Shown here: one piece after another, positions 62,071 to 64,000 of the stretch
How positions within the stretch are numbered: the stretch's first letter is position 1
Layout of the letters: the number at the start of each line of letters is the position of its first letter
Notes under the pieces: model-generated
Told to the model about the DNA's origin: nothing
The model's input: only the letters and a program-made list of their open reading frames with translations
Database searches by the model: none
Position numbers and translations under genes: made by a program
DNA from: Limnothrix sp. BL-A-16
GTDB taxonomy: Bacteria > Cyanobacteriota > Cyanobacteriia > CACIAM-69d
DNA: 64,000 nucleotides
Assembly: GCA_041937175.2 (NCBI GenBank)
Contig: CP166615.1
Span: forward strand, 2,432,001 to 2,496,000
Direction: 5' to 3'

Positions 62071-62802
62071 TTAGGGAGCCGGTGACCCTTGGGGCGTGGG
62101 CACTGAGGTAGTGCTCAAGACTTTTTGGGTTTTTAGATCCAACTCTGCCACATTCAACACTTGGTCACGGGTGTAAAACACCGAAAAGCGCTGATCTTTC
62201 ACCCCCGATGCGCCGTGAAACTCATCCACATTCTCGATGAGCAATGCAAAGCGTTCACCATTGGCATCGGAAATCGCCAGTGTTTTGCGATCTTTCTCGG
62301 TCAGGCGGCGATCCTGGTTGCTGTCGGTTGTAATGACTAGATAAACGAACCCAACCGGCGTTGTGACTGGAGGATCCGTGGGCTTGGCAGGAGCGACTAA
62401 AAGTTTTTCATCTATCAAAATCAGTCCCCGATCGGGTGGTTTGAGCCAATAGGTTTGACGGGTCAGCTCGTTAAAAAAGAGATAGTTCTGTAGGGAATCT
62501 GCTTCTTTGGAATAGGAGGAGCTGCCGAATCCACGACTTTGGTCATAATCCTGGGTTAGGTGCAGCGGTGCGCGTAAGGTGCTGGTTCCCTCGATTCGTG
62601 CAAAATTTCCCAATCGGGTTCGGGTCGCCATCGATTGGCTTTGGTCAATGTTCATGACTTGTGCAGCCGGGCGTGATCGCGCGTCGTAGGCCAGCATTGA
62701 GATCAAGGCCAACCCCATTAAGCCCAAAGAGAGCAGACCACCCAACAGAATAATGACCGCATTTACACGCCAGATTTGGACAAAAATTTGCCGAAGTTTC
62801 AT
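62071..62802 (-). CDS. Hypothetical membrane-anchored protein
   Basis: N-terminal TM; DSNQD..L...D calcium-loop-like motif; ATG 62802 preferred. Confidence 0.75.
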   Translation of the reverse strand: MKLRQIFVQIWRVNAVIILLGGLLSLGLMGLALISMLAYDARSRPAAQVMNIDQSQSMATRTRLGNFARIEGTSTLRAPLHLTQDYDQSRGFGSSSYSKEADSLQNYLFFNELTRQTYWLKPPDRGLILIDEKLLVAPAKPTDPPVTTPVGFVYLVITTDSNQDRRLTEKDRKTLAISDANGERFALLIENVDEFHGASGVKDQRFSVFYTRDQVLNVAELDLKTQKVLSTTSVPTPQGSPAP

Positions 62803-63123
62803 AGGAAATAGAAGCAAGGTTTAAAGTCAGCCGATCGAGTCAGCGCCGAGCCAACATCCAGGCGAGGGCGAGCTAGGGATTAAGCTAGCCAAGGCCCTCA
62901 ACCTAGATTTTATAGATAATCAGGATCTGCCAGATTCAAGCATCGGCCACTTTTTCTCATCATCGATCGTCCATGATGGTCAGTTCATGGCCAATTAATG
63001 ACTCATAAAATGATCATGATTTGCCAAGCTTTAGGTGCAACTCTCTGCCTAGAACTCAACCCGTGAAACCCATTCGATCCTCAAAATAGGTTTTTGCTGC
63101 TCAAGATTGCAGAAGACAGGCAT

Positions 63124-63147
63124 AAAAAAATCCCCCAAAGGAGGATT
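63124..63147 (-). terminator. Intrinsic terminator with no adjacent gene
   Basis: Minus strand AATCCTCC-TTT-GGGGGATT followed by a T-run. Confidence 0.5.
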
Positions 63148-63601
63148 CTGTCACAACAGGTCAGTCAAGGTTCTAGAGCATTCATGCAATCTGACGGGTC
63201 GCATGGTGCTTTGCCATGGAAAGGTCAAATGATGGGAAAACGATGGTCAGAAGCTTCGGCAACTGACTCATTGGCTTTCGAGTAGCCTCAAACCATACAC
63301 CTGAATTTCGCCCATGATCGTGGTTGGGAAGTTAGACAGTATTGCTATGATGCAGGCTCGATCGATCCCAATGAGGCAGTTGCCCTGGGTCATCTCAACT
63401 CGTCACCACAATTCAAACAACCAGAGGTAAGAAATCGCTAAGCCTGCGCTAAATTAACCTTCAGCCAACCCTAAACCAACGCTGAACCAGTGACGAAAAG
63501 ACTCGATCGACTGAGATCATCTTTGTCTCTGGATTGATCAAATATTGTTGGTCTATGGTTGGTCAGTTTTGCCAGTTAGGTTGTCTAATTTAGCCACGCC
63601 T

Positions 63602-63835
63602 TTAGCCACGACGTTCATCACCACGGCGCGGGGGATCTTGATTGCTAACCGCGCGGGCCACGACCAAGAGGGCTTGGGATGAGTCTTGATCGTGAGCAGA
63701 GGTTGCCTGAGCGACCAACGGGGCAGCGTTTTGGATCACGCCTGCCGCTGTGATGGTCACAACCCCAGTGGCGATCGCTGCACCTACGCGGGCAAACAGG
63801 GACGGCTTGGTAGGGGAAATGTGCATTTGAGTCAT
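63602..63835 (-). CDS. Small exported peptide, PatX-like architecture (77 aa)
   Basis: ATG 63835 after GAGG; signal-like N-terminus; C-terminus DPPRRGDERRG. Confidence 0.6.
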   Translation of the reverse strand: MTQMHISPTKPSLFARVGAAIATGVVTITAAGVIQNAAPLVAQATSAHDQDSSQALLVVARAVSNQDPPRRGDERRG

Positions 63836-64000
63836 AACAACCTCGCGCAATATTGAGAGTCTCTAGTCCTTCTTTCGGTTGACCTTTCACATTTCGGGAA
63901 AACTGCAACCGATCGCTCTAAAACTGACAATAGAAGGCCTCAAAACCAGCACGAGGATTGACATTTTCACTTTCGCAACTGAGCTTCAGACTTTGATTGA

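Overview
Cyanobacterial chromosomal segment. Evidence: the HIP1 octamer GCGATCGC is dense throughout, and photosynthesis genes ycf3, chlG, isiA-family and cruA are present. A Limnothrix-like filamentous host is only an inference. Most genes are housekeeping or accessory: pgi, natC, an iron-stress locus (isiA-like gene, IsiA-PsaL fusion, isiB, Fur-like boxes), lipA, two tandem PBP2 genes, glnB, ispD, GT9/gmhB, a folate/biopterin carrier divergent from an orphan histidine kinase, pfkA, cruA, ycf3, gatC, a full hypFCDEAB cluster, lipB, hpf/lrtA, a umuD-like gene, one complete IS5-family element, mobA, CRR7, chlG, rpsU (missed by the ORF track) and murF. No rRNA, tRNA or CRISPR array was found. 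Most notable observations: (1) a ~140-150 bp TIR/TA-bounded MITE family that carries a REP-like palindrome and appears to target that same palindrome, giving a 5 x 68 bp array and a nested stack; (2) HypF with a ~335 aa low-complexity insert in its acylphosphatase domain; (3) a PatX-like small peptide with a variant RGDER motif; (4) a ~340 nt structured ncRNA candidate and a PsrR1-like locus with an HLR1 box; (5) a kinase with an S-component-like membrane domain opposite a folate carrier. All calls were made by eye, with no database searches.
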